A DNA stretch of 64,000 nt from Thermoplasmata archaeon (GCA_022749995.1 JAKIWO010000001.1:22410-86409); one strand, 5' to 3'. Shown: positions 46,700 to 56,817, counted from the first letter of the stretch. Notes: a model not told the origin generated them from the sequence alone. Numbers and translations: made by a program.

Positions 46700-47604
46700 G
46701 ACGCGATCATCCGCTCGAGAGAGCGCCGGGCCCGACGGGCCGTCTCGGGCGGAACCTCGATCTGGAAGCGGAGCTGGGCGAGGGAGTCACGCACGTCCGT
46801 CAGGTCGATCTGCTTCATGTACGGGCAGACCGCGCCCTCCTGGATGGGCAAGAACTCGGTACCCGGGTTGAGCGCGCGCATCCGGTGGAGGATGCCCACC
46901 TCGGTCGCGACGAGCACCTGCGGGGCTCGGGTCTCCTTGGCGAACTGCACCATCCCGTCGGTGGAGAGGATCCGGTCGACGTGCGGCAGGGTGGCGCTCG
47001 CGCAGCCGCACTCCGGATGGGCGACCACCTCGGCGCCGGGGTGGGCCGCCCGGGCCATCTGCAGCGTTTCGGGCCGGAGCTTCGCATGCACCGGGCAATC
47101 ACCGACCCACAGGTGCATGTTCTTTCGGCCGGTCTGCGCCCGCACCCACTCCCCGAGGAAGACGTCCGGCAGGAACAGCACCTCCTGATCCGGTGGTAGC
47201 CCTCCGACGATCCGCACGGCGTTGGAGCTGGTGCAACAGTAGTCGGCCTCCGCCTTCACGTCCGCGGAGGTGTTCACGTAGGCCACCACGACCGCCCCCG
47301 GGTGCTCCCCCTTCCAAGTGCGGAGCTGTTCGGCCGTGATCGCGTCGGCGAGTCCGCAGCCGGCCGCCAGGTCCGGCAGCAGGACCGTCTTCTCCGGATT
47401 CAGGATCTTGGCCGTCTCGGCCATGAATCGCACGCCGGCAAAGCAGATCACCGGGGCGTCGGTCTCGGCTGCCTGGCGGGAGAGGTACAGCGAGTCCCCG
47501 ACCAGGTCGGCCACATCCTGGACCTCCGGCAGCTGGTAGTTATGCGCCAGCAGGAGCGCGTGGCGTTCCTCCTTGAGCCGATGGACCTCGGCCTCGAGCG
47601 ACAT
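46696..47604 (-). CDS. nadA: Quinolinate synthase
   Basis: AHNYQ, GDSL, GVRFMAE, AGC, YVNTS, CTSSN, CPVH, HPEC, CPYM. Confidence 0.97.
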   Translation of the reverse strand: MSLEAEVHRLKEERHALLLAHNYQLPEVQDVADLVGDSLYLSRQAAETDAPVICFAGVRFMAETAKILNPEKTVLLPDLAAGCGLADAITAEQLRTWKGEHPGAVVVAYVNTSADVKAEADYCCTSSNAVRIVGGLPPDQEVLFLPDVFLGEWVRAQTGRKNMHLWVGDCPVHAKLRPETLQMARAAHPGAEVVAHPECGCASATLPHVDRILSTDGMVQFAKETRAPQVLVATEVGILHRMRALNPGTEFLPIQEGAVCPYMKQIDLTDVRDSLAQLRFQIEVPPETARRARRSLERMIAS

Positions 47605-47638
47605 CGCAGGCCCTCGACGATGCTAGGGCCGGAGGCTC

Positions 47639-48529
47639 TTAAGTGGGGGGTGGACGGACGGGAACCACCGTCAGGTGGAACGGCAGCGCCGGCGCCGAAT
47701 GGGTGAGCGAGCCCAGGCTGGCGGAGCTCGCGCCAGTACGAGCATACCGCGCGAGGGAGCTTTCCTCGATCCCCCCCGACAGCTCGACCGGCACTCGCCC
47801 CGCTCGACCCAGCCGGGTGAGCTGCTGCAGGACCCGCCGGATCTCCGGGGGGCGGAGATTGTCCAAGAGGAGCGCGTCGGCGCCGGCGCGCACGGCCCGC
47901 ACCGCCTGCGAGGCGCTGTGCACCTCCACCTGCAGCGGTTGGCGGGAGCCCTTCTTGCCCCGCCGAACCGCCTCCTCTAGCGGCAGCAGGGCCAGGTGAT
48001 TGTTCTTCACCAGCAGGCCGCTCGCGAGGTCGCGGCGGTGCGGTTCGCCCCCTCCGGCTTCGATGGCGGCCTTCTCCAGCAGCCGTAGCCCCGGGGTCGT
48101 CTTCCGGGTGCCCCGGACCCTGAACCCCGGCTGCGCGGCTCGCGCCCGATGGACGGCCCGGTCCGTCGCGCTGGCCACGCCGGAGAGATGCATCAGAAAG
48201 TTGAGGATCGTCCGTTCACCGGCCAATATCGCCCGGGCGTCCCCGTCGACCCGGAGGACGCGGGTCCCGCTGTGCAGCCGCGCCCCGTCCCGCGAGAGGG
48301 CCCGTGCGCGGAGTCCGAGCTGTCGTGCGGTCTCTACCGCCGCGGGCAGGCCGGCGAGGACTCCCCTGGCTTGCGCGGTGACCACCGCGCTCGCGCGGAA
48401 CGGTCGGGGGAAGAGCCGTTTCGTGGTGAGGTCGGCTCGAGCGCGGTCCTCGGCCAGTGCGCGGCGTACGAGCTCCCGCGTTCCGGAAGTGAGCTGGGGG
48501 TGGCGCACGCTAGGCCGTGCCGGCGACAC
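47639..48529 (-). CDS. nadC: Nicotinate-nucleotide pyrophosphorylase (quinolinate phosphoribosyltransferase)
   Basis: ALAED..DLTT, ERTILN, TRKTTPG, HR, LLDN, SGGI, LTHSA; start uncertain. Confidence 0.93.
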   Translation of the reverse strand: MSPARPSVRHPQLTSGTRELVRRALAEDRARADLTTKRLFPRPFRASAVVTAQARGVLAGLPAAVETARQLGLRARALSRDGARLHSGTRVLRVDGDARAILAGERTILNFLMHLSGVASATDRAVHRARAAQPGFRVRGTRKTTPGLRLLEKAAIEAGGGEPHRRDLASGLLVKNNHLALLPLEEAVRRGKKGSRQPLQVEVHSASQAVRAVRAGADALLLDNLRPPEIRRVLQQLTRLGRAGRVPVELSGGIEESSLARYARTGASSASLGSLTHSAPALPFHLTVVPVRPPPT

Positions 48530-50864
48530 CGGCGGGGACCTCCTCGCTGAGACGCTGGCGCAGCCGTTCGACGTCCCGGACCAGGTCCGGGCGAAGCCGC
48601 GCCACCTCGCGCCGGGTCAGCTCCTCGACCCGCCCCCGGGCCGTGTCGGCCTCCCCTCGGCCCAGCGCGACCTCCCCTAGGCGCAGCAGTACCTCGAGCT
48701 CGTCGGCCTCGGCGCGCAGTTCGCGGACCAGACGGAACGCATCGAGCAGCTCCCCCTCGGCCCGGACCATGTCCCCGTTGGCGATGGCGATCTTCCCAGC
48801 GATGATGAAGGTCTGCGCGAGACCGAACCGATCGCCGATCTGTTCCAGCGTCGCGCGGGCCTTCTCGTTCTCCTCGCGGGCGGCGAGCAGCGCCCCTTGC
48901 CCCCGGAGCAGGTCGGCGCGGTTGAACCGCACCCAGGCGATCCGCCGCGGGTCGGCCGCGGCCTCAGCGAGCGGCAGGGCGCGCTCGAGCTCCTCCAGCG
49001 CCTCCGACGGGTGACCGGTCTGGTCGAGCGCGAGGGCCAGGAAGAGCCGGGTGAACGCGGCCTCGCCGGTGTCGCCGAGCTCGTGGAGCCGGTTGGCGGC
49101 CTCCCGGTAGGCGGGGATCGCCTCCTCGATGCAGTCCGGCAGCATCGCGAGCGTGTTCGCCCGCCGCACGCTCTCGAGCGCCACCTCCCGCTCCTCCCCC
49201 TGGCCGCGAGCGATCTCGAGCGCGCGGTCGTGGAAGCGGAGCGAGTCCGTGTACTCGCCTCGGTAGTAGTCGATCTCTCCGCGGAGTCGGAAGAGCGCGA
49301 GCCGCGTCGCGGGCCGTCGCGGGGCCGCGCTGTCCTCCTCGAGTAGCTCGTCCGTGAGCTGGCGGGCCTCGGCCCAGCGGCCCTCGTCGGTGAGGATCCG
49401 GGCGAGGTAGATCGGGAGCAACTCCTCGGCCGCGGAGGAGTTGGGGCCGCCTCGGAGATTCGGCCGCGCCTCCACGAGGAGCCGTTCGGCCCGGGCGAGT
49501 TCGCCCACGTGGTCGAGCTGGACGGCGAGCTCCAGCGTCAGCTCGAGTTCCACGGCCGGGTTGGTCTGGTCGGTCCGCCGGAGCGATTCGAGCGCGCGGT
49601 CCAGGTGTTCGACGGCGATGGAGGAGGCGAACGAGCGGGCCGCAATCTCCGCCGCGCGCCAGTTCAGCTCGACGGCTCGCGAGTCGAGCCGTCCGAGGTA
49701 GGCGTGCCGGGCCAGCGCGAAGAGCGTGTCGGTGTCGTCGGCCCGGCTCGCGTCGAGGGCGCGGGCGATCCGTTCGTGGACCAGGCGCCGTTGCGGCTCC
49801 GCCATCGATTCGTAGACGGTGTGCCGCAGGTCCTCGCGCGAGAACTCGAGGCCGACCACGGGCGTCTCGCGGAGCATCCCCATCCCGACCAGCCGCTCCA
49901 CGACCTCGGCGAGTCGCTCCTCCTCGACGCCGGTCACCGCTTGGAGCAGCGGGAAGGGGAACTCCCGCCCCAGCGCGGCCGCGGTGTGCAGCACCCGACG
50001 TTCCTCTTCGGGGAGCTCGGTCAACCGCTGACGGAGGTAGTCGGCGAACCCGACACCGGCACGGTGCGCCTCCTCCCAGAGCGGCGTCTCGCCGCGGGCC
50101 TGCGCCCGCAGCAGCTGCTCGAGGAACAGCGGGTTGCCCTGGGTCTGGCTGAACCAGTGGCTCACCTCGGTGGCCAGCACCTCTCGGCCGGGCACGACCC
50201 AGCGGACGAAGTCGGGGAGCTCGGCCGGAGTGAGGGGGCGCAGCGTGTACCGGTCCAACCGGCCCGTGCGAGCGAGTCGTTCGAGTTGGGTACGGCCCGG
50301 TTCCGGCACATCGGCGAGCGGCGGCGTCGTCAGTAGCAGCCAGAGCGGTACCCGCTCCAGCGTCGGGGCCAGGTAGCCGACGAAATCCAGCGAGAGCGCG
50401 TCGGCGTGACCCGCGTTCTCGATTGCGAGGATGGTCGGTTGCCCGCGCGCGAGCTCCTCGAGCCGTCGCGAGAGCTGGGCGAAGGCGCTCTGGGGTCCGG
50501 CACTCGCCTCCTCCGTGGGTCGCCGCAGCGCCTCGATCAGCCGTGCCTCCGAGCCGGAGGCCTCGCCCGGCTCGGGTACATCGAACTCGGCCAGCATCGG
50601 CAGCCCGGCTCCCCGCAGCGCGTCCCGCAGGACTCGGAACGGCGGAGGGTCGTCGGAGAAGGCCGCGCGCGCGTCGAGCACCCGGAATCCGTCGGCGCGT
50701 GCCTGAGCGAGTAGCTGGGCGAGCAGGACGCTCTTGCCGACACCGGCCTCGCCTTCCAGCAGCGAGACGCCGCCTCGGCCCTCCCGCACCTCCCCCCGCC
50801 GCCGCAGGAGCGCGGCGGCCACTTCCGGCCGCCCGATGAACGGGAGGCCCTGGCCGAACGGCAC
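48510..50864 (-). CDS. STAND-like AAA+ ATPase with TPR array, no output domain
   Basis: FIGR, GEAGVGKS, TQGNPLF, winged helix, C-terminal TPR-like repeats. Confidence 0.85.
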   Translation of the reverse strand: MPFGQGLPFIGRPEVAAALLRRRGEVREGRGGVSLLEGEAGVGKSVLLAQLLAQARADGFRVLDARAAFSDDPPPFRVLRDALRGAGLPMLAEFDVPEPGEASGSEARLIEALRRPTEEASAGPQSAFAQLSRRLEELARGQPTILAIENAGHADALSLDFVGYLAPTLERVPLWLLLTTPPLADVPEPGRTQLERLARTGRLDRYTLRPLTPAELPDFVRWVVPGREVLATEVSHWFSQTQGNPLFLEQLLRAQARGETPLWEEAHRAGVGFADYLRQRLTELPEEERRVLHTAAALGREFPFPLLQAVTGVEEERLAEVVERLVGMGMLRETPVVGLEFSREDLRHTVYESMAEPQRRLVHERIARALDASRADDTDTLFALARHAYLGRLDSRAVELNWRAAEIAARSFASSIAVEHLDRALESLRRTDQTNPAVELELTLELAVQLDHVGELARAERLLVEARPNLRGGPNSSAAEELLPIYLARILTDEGRWAEARQLTDELLEEDSAAPRRPATRLALFRLRGEIDYYRGEYTDSLRFHDRALEIARGQGEEREVALESVRRANTLAMLPDCIEEAIPAYREAANRLHELGDTGEAAFTRLFLALALDQTGHPSEALEELERALPLAEAAADPRRIAWVRFNRADLLRGQGALLAAREENEKARATLEQIGDRFGLAQTFIIAGKIAIANGDMVRAEGELLDAFRLVRELRAEADELEVLLRLGEVALGRGEADTARGRVEELTRREVARLRPDLVRDVERLRQRLSEEVPAGVAGTA

Positions 50865-50887
50865 GACGGTGAGATGGTCCCCCGGGC

Positions 50888-52015
50888 TTAAGTTCCTCGC
50901 GAGGCGCGCTCGGCCCGGACGAAGGGGAGCGGCTCGACCGAGGCCGGCATGCGGCGCCCGCGGAGCTCGATCTCGAGCGGGGTACCCGGCGCCGCGAGCT
51001 CGGGCGGAAGGTACGCGAGCCCGATGCCGTAGCCGAGGGTCGGCGAGAGGCCGCCGCTCGTGGCGTGGGTGACCACTTGCCCGCCGGAGAGGATCGGGGT
51101 CCCGTGCCGCGGGATCGCCCCTTCGATCCGGGTGCTGAAACCGACGAGCCGCGTGGCCGGCCCTCCCTCCAGCTCCGCTTGGAGCGAATCCCTTCCGACA
51201 AAGGTGTGCTCCATCTCGAGGAACCGCTGCTGGCCTGCCTCGAGGGGGCTTCGGTTCACGTCGAAATCCAATCCGGAGAGGAGGTAACCCTTCTCCAAGC
51301 GCAGGGTGTCCCGAGCGCCGAGTCCGCACGGCGGTACGCTGCCCATCGTGAGTCGCTCGGCCACGGCCATCGACGCCTCCGCCGGTAGGAGCAGTTCGAA
51401 GCCGAGCTCGCCAGTGTAGCCGGTGCGGCTGACCATCCCCCAGCCGAGTGCACCGGCGGCACCGGGAGCGAGCGGGCGTTCGATCATCCGGGCAGCGTAG
51501 AACGGCAGGCCGTTCAAGGTGAGTCCAAAGAGCGACTCGAGCAGCCGCTGGGAGTCCGGGCCCTGGACGGCCAGGAAGGCCATTGCGCCGTTGTGCCGGG
51601 CGATGTGCGTATCCGGCTTGCGGTGCTGGCGCAGCGACTCGAAGATCTGGGCGGCGCGTCCGGCGTTCGGCACCACCAAGAATCGCGGCGGCCCCAGCGG
51701 GACGCTCGGCAACCGAGTGAGGAGCAGGTCGTCGATGATCTTGCCGTCGGCGGAGAGCCAGAAGCCGTACTTGCAGCGCAGCTCGGGCACCCGATGGGCG
51801 TCGACGGTGGTGCGGCGGGCCAGCAGGTCCGGGGCGTGCTCCCCCTCGACGGTCAGGATACCCATGTGGGAGACGTCGAACCATCCGGCCGACTGGCGCA
51901 CGGCCCGGTGCTCCTCCAGGATACCGGAGAAGTACAGTGGCATCTCCCAGCCGGCGAACGGGACCAAGTGCGCCCCGTGCGCCGTGTGGAACGGGTAGAG
52001 CGGCGTGCGGGCCAA
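50888..52015 (-). CDS. gcvT: Glycine cleavage system T protein (aminomethyltransferase)
   Basis: RTPLY, FAGWEMP, FDVSHMG, IIDD, SRTGYTGELGFE, GLGARDTLRLEKG; start uncertain (TTG 52015 or CTG 52054). Confidence 0.94.
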   Translation of the reverse strand: MARTPLYPFHTAHGAHLVPFAGWEMPLYFSGILEEHRAVRQSAGWFDVSHMGILTVEGEHAPDLLARRTTVDAHRVPELRCKYGFWLSADGKIIDDLLLTRLPSVPLGPPRFLVVPNAGRAAQIFESLRQHRKPDTHIARHNGAMAFLAVQGPDSQRLLESLFGLTLNGLPFYAARMIERPLAPGAAGALGWGMVSRTGYTGELGFELLLPAEASMAVAERLTMGSVPPCGLGARDTLRLEKGYLLSGLDFDVNRSPLEAGQQRFLEMEHTFVGRDSLQAELEGGPATRLVGFSTRIEGAIPRHGTPILSGGQVVTHATSGGLSPTLGYGIGLAYLPPELAAPGTPLEIELRGRRMPASVEPLPFVRAERASRGT

Positions 52016-52050
52016 GGCCGGGGTGGTCGACGGGGCCGGAGTCGGAACCC

Positions 52051-53208
52051 TCAGGTCAGCACCTCCGCAAGACGCCCGTCCGCCACGGCACGGCGGATCT
52101 CCTGGGCGAGCCGGTGGCCAGAGCTCATCGGCTCCCGCCAGAGCGCGTTGGCGTACGGGTGGCCGGTGGAGAGATGGATGTTCGTGCCTCCGCCGATGCG
52201 CACGGCGACGTCGAAGATGACAGGGCGCCCGTCCGGGTCGAGGCAGGTCTGCAGGCAGAACGGCCCGATGATGCCGGGCGGGTACCGCTCCCGGGCGACC
52301 TCGACGAACCGTTCGCCGAGTCGGAACACCTCCTCCAGGATCGACTCCCGGACGGTGAGCGAACCGTGCCCCACCACCGTGTAGCGGGGCATCTGGGTCC
52401 CCTCCGGCAAGCTCAGTTGCTGGGCGGCCGGGAGCCGCACCAAACCATCGAGGGAGCTCTCCCGGCGTTCGTCGACGCCGAGGAGCTCGAGCGCGTCCTC
52501 CCTCGGGGCCAGGGGGGAGAAGAAGAAGTTGAAGTTGAAAACCGGCCCCACGATGTACCGTTCGATCCGGGCGTGGGCCAGGTCGTCGGCCCGGATGACC
52601 CCCTCCGCGAGCAGACGTCCGCTCCGTTCGGCGTACTCCGCGGGAGAGGAGCAGGTGAAGAACCCCCGCTCGAGCCGTCGCGTGGCGTGGGGCAGCTTCA
52701 CCATCACGAGACCGGCGATGGCCTTCGGATCGGGGACGAGCTCCGGCGTTGGCAGCCCACCGGCCGCGAGGAGCGTGTAGTAGTTCTCGCGCTCCGAGCG
52801 CTCCTCGATCCGCAGGAGCCGACGGGAACCGACGAGCGGCACCCGGAGCTCCGACTCGATGGCATCGAGCGGCAGATACGAACTCAGGGCGCGGTTCGGG
52901 ACGAGCAGGACCGACCGCTCCCGCAACTTCTGTTGCACTTCGGGCTGGAGCGCCTCCGCGAACTTCGGGTAGCTCCAGACCTCGTCCACGCAGCCTCGAA
53001 CCGGTTGTCCGTTGGCGTCTCGGACACAGCGGAAATAGCGACGGTAGGTCAGGTCCCGCCCGATCTCGCACAGCAGCAGCGTGCGGAACCCTTCGCCCAC
53101 CGCCCCGTCGGCGATGTCGAGCGCCGAGTGCGATCCGATGGCGCCGACCTCGACCGGCCGAGCGTAGCCGGCGGCAATGGACTGCAGTTCGGCCCGATCG
53201 AGTCGCAT
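52051..53208 (-). CDS. purP: FAICAR synthetase (formate-dependent PurP family)
   Basis: GSHSAL, VPNR, ERGFF, VVGH..RES, PPGIIGPFCLQ, RIGGGTN. Confidence 0.93.
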   Translation of the reverse strand: MRLDRAELQSIAAGYARPVEVGAIGSHSALDIADGAVGEGFRTLLLCEIGRDLTYRRYFRCVRDANGQPVRGCVDEVWSYPKFAEALQPEVQQKLRERSVLLVPNRALSSYLPLDAIESELRVPLVGSRRLLRIEERSERENYYTLLAAGGLPTPELVPDPKAIAGLVMVKLPHATRRLERGFFTCSSPAEYAERSGRLLAEGVIRADDLAHARIERYIVGPVFNFNFFFSPLAPREDALELLGVDERRESSLDGLVRLPAAQQLSLPEGTQMPRYTVVGHGSLTVRESILEEVFRLGERFVEVARERYPPGIIGPFCLQTCLDPDGRPVIFDVAVRIGGGTNIHLSTGHPYANALWREPMSSGHRLAQEIRRAVADGRLAEVLT

Positions 53209-53222
53209 CGGCGCGACGAGAT

Positions 53223-55421
53223 TTAGATGAGCTTAAGCGCTCGCGCCACGCGCTCCGGAGTGAGCGGCATCTCGCGCACGCGCGCGCCCGTAGCGTCGCA
53301 GACCGCGTTGGCGACCGCCCCCGGGACCGGGATCACCGGCGGTTCCCCCCCGCCCTTGGCGCCGTCCGGGCCGGCGCCGGGGAACCCCTCGATCGCCTCG
53401 ACGTGGATCGGGGGAACTTCGAGCAAGGTGGGGACCCGGTAGTCGAGCAGCCCCGCATTCTCGATCCGTCCCTCGGCGTCCCATCGGGTCTCTTCGGTCA
53501 GCGCCTCGCCGAGCCCCATGGCCACGCCGCCCTCTACCTGGGCACGGTAGGTCGCGGCGTCTACGACCCGGCCCGCGTCTTGGAAGGCCGCGTACCGGAG
53601 CACCCTCACCCGGCCAGTCTCCCGGTCGACGTCAACGGCCGCGAGCTGGACGGCGCCGATGAAATCCCCGTAGCCGTAGAAACTCCCCGCGAGCACCCGT
53701 CCGGAGTCGATCTCGCCAGTCCGCCCGTAGTGCCGGCCTTGCGTCGCGATCCCGCCCCCCAGGCGCTCGGCCTCGGTGAGCACCGTCGCCAGCTCGACGG
53801 AGTGGGGGCCCCGTCGGACCCGCACCTGGGCGCCGGTCCAGTCGAGCTTGAGCTCGTCCGGGCCCGGCACTCGCCGAGCGAGCTCCTCGAGCAACCGCAG
53901 CGCGGCCTCCTGGATGGCGCGGCCGAGAGCGGCCGTCGTGCGGCTGCCGTACACGCCACTATCCATGGGGCCTCGTGCCGTATCGGTCCGCTCGACCCGG
54001 ATCGCCTCGGGTGGCAGACCGAGCGACCGGGAGGCCACCACTACCAGTCCACGCACCACGCTTCCGCTACCGATCTCCGCTTCCACGGTCTCGAGCACGA
54101 GCCCCGTCGGCCCGAGGCGGATCTGGATCTCCCCGCCCGCGGAACTGCCCGTCGACCAGAAGCCGACCGCCACTCCGATGCCTGTGCCGGCCGGCAGCTC
54201 GGCGCGCCAAACGGCGCTCATCTCCCGCGCGCGGGCGAGACCGGCGTGGAGTCCGAACGGTCCCACCTGCTGTCCGAGCGGAGTGAGTCCACGTTCGCGT
54301 AGACCGTGCCGCTCCCGGAAGGCGATAGGATCCATGCCGGCGAGACGCGCCAGTCCGTCGGTGTGGGACTCGGCGGCGAACGCACACTGCGGCACGAACG
54401 GTGCGCGGTGCGGGCCGAACGGCGGCTTGTTCGTCCGCACCGCGTACCCTTCGAGCTCGACGGCGTCGATCTGGTACGGTCCGGCGATGAACCCGATGGC
54501 GTAGCCGGTCGCAAAGTCCCGGCCGGGCAGCGACGCGCCGGAGTCGAGGAGGAGCCGCACCCGGCGCGCCGCGATTCGCCCGTCGCGGAGCGCACTCTCG
54601 ATGCGGATGACCGCCGGCAGCGTGGAGCGGGAGAGCTCGACCTCCTCCGCGTAGGAGAGTTGCAGTTTCACGGGACGGTCGGCGGCGGCGGAGAGCACCA
54701 GGGCGTACGGTTCCAGGAGGGCCGCCGCCTTGCCGCCGAACCCGCCGCCGACCCAGCTCGCTTCCACGACGATGCGCTCCTCGGGCAGCCCCAGGATCGA
54801 GGCGGCGTCCTCCCGCACGCCGTACGGGCTCTGCGTTGAGGTCGTCACGCGCCAGTGTCCACCGGTGACGTGCGCGAGGCAGGCGTGCGGCTCGAGCGCC
54901 ATCTGCACGATGCCGCTCGTCCGGTACTTTTCCCGGAGCACCTCGCGGGAGCGTTCCAGGATCCGGTCGACCTCCCCAAAGCGCGCGTGTACGTGGGCGT
55001 TGATACGGGGGGAGTTCCCCTCGTCGCTGCCGGGCCATTCCGGATAGATCGACTCGATGTCGCCCCACAAGGGCAACGGGTCGATGGCCACCTTCACGAG
55101 CTTCGCGGCCCGGCGGGCTTCGGCGAGCGTGTGGGCCGCGATGGCGGCCACCGGCTGGCCGTGGTACATCACCTCCTCCTGCGGAAATACCGGCCGCTCC
55201 GGGTCCCCGCTTCCGGCGGGCAACAGAGCGGCCAGCTCGGCGTGGGAAACGGCGCAGACGACTCCGGGAGATCGCCGGGCTTCCTCGAGGTGGAGCGCTC
55301 GCATCTGGCCGTGGGCGACGGGCGAGCGCACCAGCACGGCGTGCAGCATGCCCGGCGTCTCCAAGTCGACGCCGAACTCCACGCCTCCGCGCACCTTGAG
55401 CGGCGCGTCGGCCCGGATCAT
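53223..55421 (-). CDS. Xanthine dehydrogenase-family molybdopterin-binding subunit
   Basis: RSPVAHG, LEP, GGGFGGK, GSRTT, QVEGG, AKGGGEPP, ANAV. Confidence 0.92.
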   Translation of the reverse strand: MIRADAPLKVRGGVEFGVDLETPGMLHAVLVRSPVAHGQMRALHLEEARRSPGVVCAVSHAELAALLPAGSGDPERPVFPQEEVMYHGQPVAAIAAHTLAEARRAAKLVKVAIDPLPLWGDIESIYPEWPGSDEGNSPRINAHVHARFGEVDRILERSREVLREKYRTSGIVQMALEPHACLAHVTGGHWRVTTSTQSPYGVREDAASILGLPEERIVVEASWVGGGFGGKAAALLEPYALVLSAAADRPVKLQLSYAEEVELSRSTLPAVIRIESALRDGRIAARRVRLLLDSGASLPGRDFATGYAIGFIAGPYQIDAVELEGYAVRTNKPPFGPHRAPFVPQCAFAAESHTDGLARLAGMDPIAFRERHGLRERGLTPLGQQVGPFGLHAGLARAREMSAVWRAELPAGTGIGVAVGFWSTGSSAGGEIQIRLGPTGLVLETVEAEIGSGSVVRGLVVVASRSLGLPPEAIRVERTDTARGPMDSGVYGSRTTAALGRAIQEAALRLLEELARRVPGPDELKLDWTGAQVRVRRGPHSVELATVLTEAERLGGGIATQGRHYGRTGEIDSGRVLAGSFYGYGDFIGAVQLAAVDVDRETGRVRVLRYAAFQDAGRVVDAATYRAQVEGGVAMGLGEALTEETRWDAEGRIENAGLLDYRVPTLLEVPPIHVEAIEGFPGAGPDGAKGGGEPPVIPVPGAVANAVCDATGARVREMPLTPERVARALKLI

Positions 55422-55885
55422 GTACGCGCCTTCGCCAAGCCGACCACCGCGCGGCGGATCGACAGGTACCCCGTGCACCGGCAGAGGTTGCCCTGCAGGT
55501 CCTCGAGGAGCTCCTCGGGCGAGGCGTTCGGTCGCTCCTTGAGCAGCCCGGTCAGCGCCACCACGAAGCCGGGCGTGCAGTATCCGCACTGCAGGCCGGC
55601 CTCCTGCACGAACGCTTCCAGCACGGTCCGCCCCACCGGGTCGGCCTCGAGCCCTTCGACGGTGAGGATCGCCTCCTCCGAGACCTCACGGGTGAGCGTC
55701 AGGCAACTGAGCACGCTGCGGCCGTCGACGAGCACCGTGCAGGCCCCGCAGTCCCCCGTGCGACAGCCCTCCTTCGTTCCCTTGAGGCCCAGCCTCCAGC
55801 GGAGCGTGTCGAGTAGGCGTTCGTCGTCCGGAAGTTCGGTCGAGTACGGGCGCCCGTTCACCCACAGCGCGGCAGGATCGGTCAC
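55418..55885 (-). CDS. Mo-hydroxylase 2x[2Fe-2S] subunit
   Basis: GTKEGCRTGDCGACTV, QCGYCTPG, NLCRCTGY. Confidence 0.95.
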   Translation of the reverse strand: MTDPAALWVNGRPYSTELPDDERLLDTLRWRLGLKGTKEGCRTGDCGACTVLVDGRSVLSCLTLTREVSEEAILTVEGLEADPVGRTVLEAFVQEAGLQCGYCTPGFVVALTGLLKERPNASPEELLEDLQGNLCRCTGYLSIRRAVVGLAKART

Positions 55886-56730
55886 GAACTCGACTCCAGC
55901 GGGCGGTCCCGCACCGCGCGCACGGCGCGCGCGACGAGTGCGCGCAGGAGCAAGCGGCGATACGGGTCGGTGGCCCGTCGATCCGCCCGCACCGGGGCCT
56001 CGTGCGCCGCGACGTCTGCGCACGCTCGGATCTCCGCATCGCTCGGGGCGACTCCATGCAGAGCCGCCTCCGCCCCCGGCGCCCGGCGCGCCAGGGGGGC
56101 TACTCCTGCCGTGGCCACCCGCCAGTCACCCCCCAGCGGGTCGTACGCCACCGCGACCGCCAGTTGGGAGATGTCGTTCGCTGGCCGGACCCGCTGCCAG
56201 CGGAAGGCGCAGGGCCGGGCAGGGATCCGAACCCGGCGGAGCAGCTCCCCGGGCGCGAGCGAGGTACGCCGGGGGGATTGGAGGAACTCCTCGAGCGGGA
56301 GCTCGCGCTCGCCCTGCGCACCGTACAGACCGACGCGCGCCTCGAGCGCGAGGAGGATCGGAATCAGGTCGGAGACGGGGGAGGCGCGGACCAGGTTTCC
56401 GCCCAGCGTCGCGCGGTGGCGCAGGGCGAGCCCGCCGACGGCACCCACCGCCTCGAAGAGTCCGGGCATCCGACGCCGCAGCTCGGCGTTGCGCTCTAGG
56501 CTCGCCAGCGGTACGAGCGCCCCCACCTCGAGTTCGGTGGAGGTCCAGTTCAGCTCGCGCCAGGGGAGGCGCCGTAGCGAGAGCACCCGGCGGGGAGCGG
56601 TCCGGCCCTCGTCGATATCGGGCAAGAGGTCGGTCCCACCGGCGAGCACGGCGAGCTCCCCGGGCCCGGCGGCGAGGAGGGCGGCGACCGCCTCCTCGCC
56701 CGTCGCCGGAGCGAGCAGGGTGAACGTCAC
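55882..56730 (-). CDS. Mo-hydroxylase FAD-binding subunit
   Basis: LAGGTDL, RATLGGNL, SD. Confidence 0.93.
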   Translation of the reverse strand: MTFTLLAPATGEEAVAALLAAGPGELAVLAGGTDLLPDIDEGRTAPRRVLSLRRLPWRELNWTSTELEVGALVPLASLERNAELRRRMPGLFEAVGAVGGLALRHRATLGGNLVRASPVSDLIPILLALEARVGLYGAQGERELPLEEFLQSPRRTSLAPGELLRRVRIPARPCAFRWQRVRPANDISQLAVAVAYDPLGGDWRVATAGVAPLARRAPGAEAALHGVAPSDAEIRACADVAAHEAPVRADRRATDPYRRLLLRALVARAVRAVRDRPLESSS

Positions 56731-56817
56731 GGGGCGCCGAGCCGAGCCCGGATGATACCATTTTGCAAACTTCTCGCCGGCGGTTTTATTCTCGGGATGC
56801 GATAGGGAGCCCGCCCG

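Noticed and set aside
46696..48529. Missing nadB as a pathway gap
   Set aside because: Archaea often use aspartate dehydrogenase or an unlinked oxidase; absence from one window is uninformative
53223..56730. Aerobic CO dehydrogenase (coxMSL)
   Set aside because: The gene order fits, but the large subunit lacks the AYxCSFR (form I) and AYxGAGR (form II) loops and no cox accessory genes are present
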